64,000 nucleotides of DNA from Octopus vulgaris (Eukaryota). Below, piece by piece: positions 63,351-64,000 of this stretch. Under the pieces are notes generated by a model. The model did not search any database. It was not told the origin of the DNA and saw nothing but the letters and a program-made list of their open reading frames with translations. Numbering within the stretch: the first letter of the stretch is position 1; each line of letters opens with the position of its first letter. A program made the translations under genes and the position numbers. The stretch covers positions 26,970,001 through 27,034,000 of the forward strand of contig OX597817.1 in the NCBI GenBank assembly GCA_951406725.2. The letters are read 5' to 3'.

Positions 63351-63516
63351 TATTTCTTTATTACCCACAAGGGGCTAAACATAGAGGGGACAAACAAGGA
63401 CAGTCATAGGTATTAAGTCGATTACATCGACCCCAGTACGTAAATGGTACTTAATTTATCGACCCCAAAAGGATGAAAGGCAAAGTCGATCTCGGCGGAA
63501 TTTGAACTCACAACGT
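63351..63516 (-). mobile_element. SINE B, 5'-truncated
   Basis: Family consensus; 3' junction reads AAAGAAATA-GGTAAAT on the sense strand. Confidence 0.85.
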
Positions 63517-64000
63517 TTCCTGGAACATGGTTTCAAGCTCTCTTCAGCAAATAAATTAATTTTCTAGGTGAAGCTTTCACCAGCAGGAAAGCAAAGATTA
63601 ACATATAAGCACGAGGCAATACAGAACATACCACTCAATATAGATTCTTAAATTTTCTAATTTTTAATCATCTCCAGCTCTACAGAATGCAACACAATTA
63701 TTAGATGGCAATGGAAACTAGCACCAAAAGAGAAGAAAAATAATCACCAAATCTGACATTGCATTAAGAAAATGGACGAGTTTATTACTTGAAAATATGA
63801 GGACACTTATGGGCACGTATCTGCCTCAAAAGATATCCTCATCAATCATCAAAGAAGCAATGAAGGCCTGAGTGATTGCACAAGAGTAGATTCTACTGAA
63901 GCAAACCAAGGGTTAAGTGGCTATATTAAGCCAGGTGAGAGAAAAGACTACCACTCACAGAGTGGAAATTTTCTACAGTTGGTCTTCTGCTCAGTATCTA

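Overview
AT-rich, microsatellite-dense eukaryotic genomic DNA. The repeat complement suggests an octopus or other coleoid cephalopod (inference). The window is almost entirely intronic or intergenic, and nearly all ORFs in the supplied track are microsatellite or SINE artefacts. It contains four or five tRNA-headed SINE families, labelled here A, B, D/E and F. It also contains many RTE-clade LINE fragments (a recurring RTE 3' end is labelled C), R4/Dong-type RLE retroelement fragments, a Penelope-like RT fragment with several fold-back pLTR-like elements carrying hammerhead-ribozyme (HHR) motifs, maT/mariner transposase remnants, a piggyBac-type MITE and an LTR+PBS-like piece. Only a few candidate minus-strand exons of an unidentified host gene can be seen. 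The most notable features are: (i) a tRNA-headed, hammerhead-containing short element inserted as a head-to-head palindrome with a TSD (41356-42136), a candidate Penelope-mobilised SINE/retrozyme; (ii) GGTA-directed, microhomology-primed SINE B insertion, with TSDs up to ~150 bp; (iii) a hairpin of local sequence with ~350-430 bp arms and biased mismatches (51107-51911). All alignments were done by eye.
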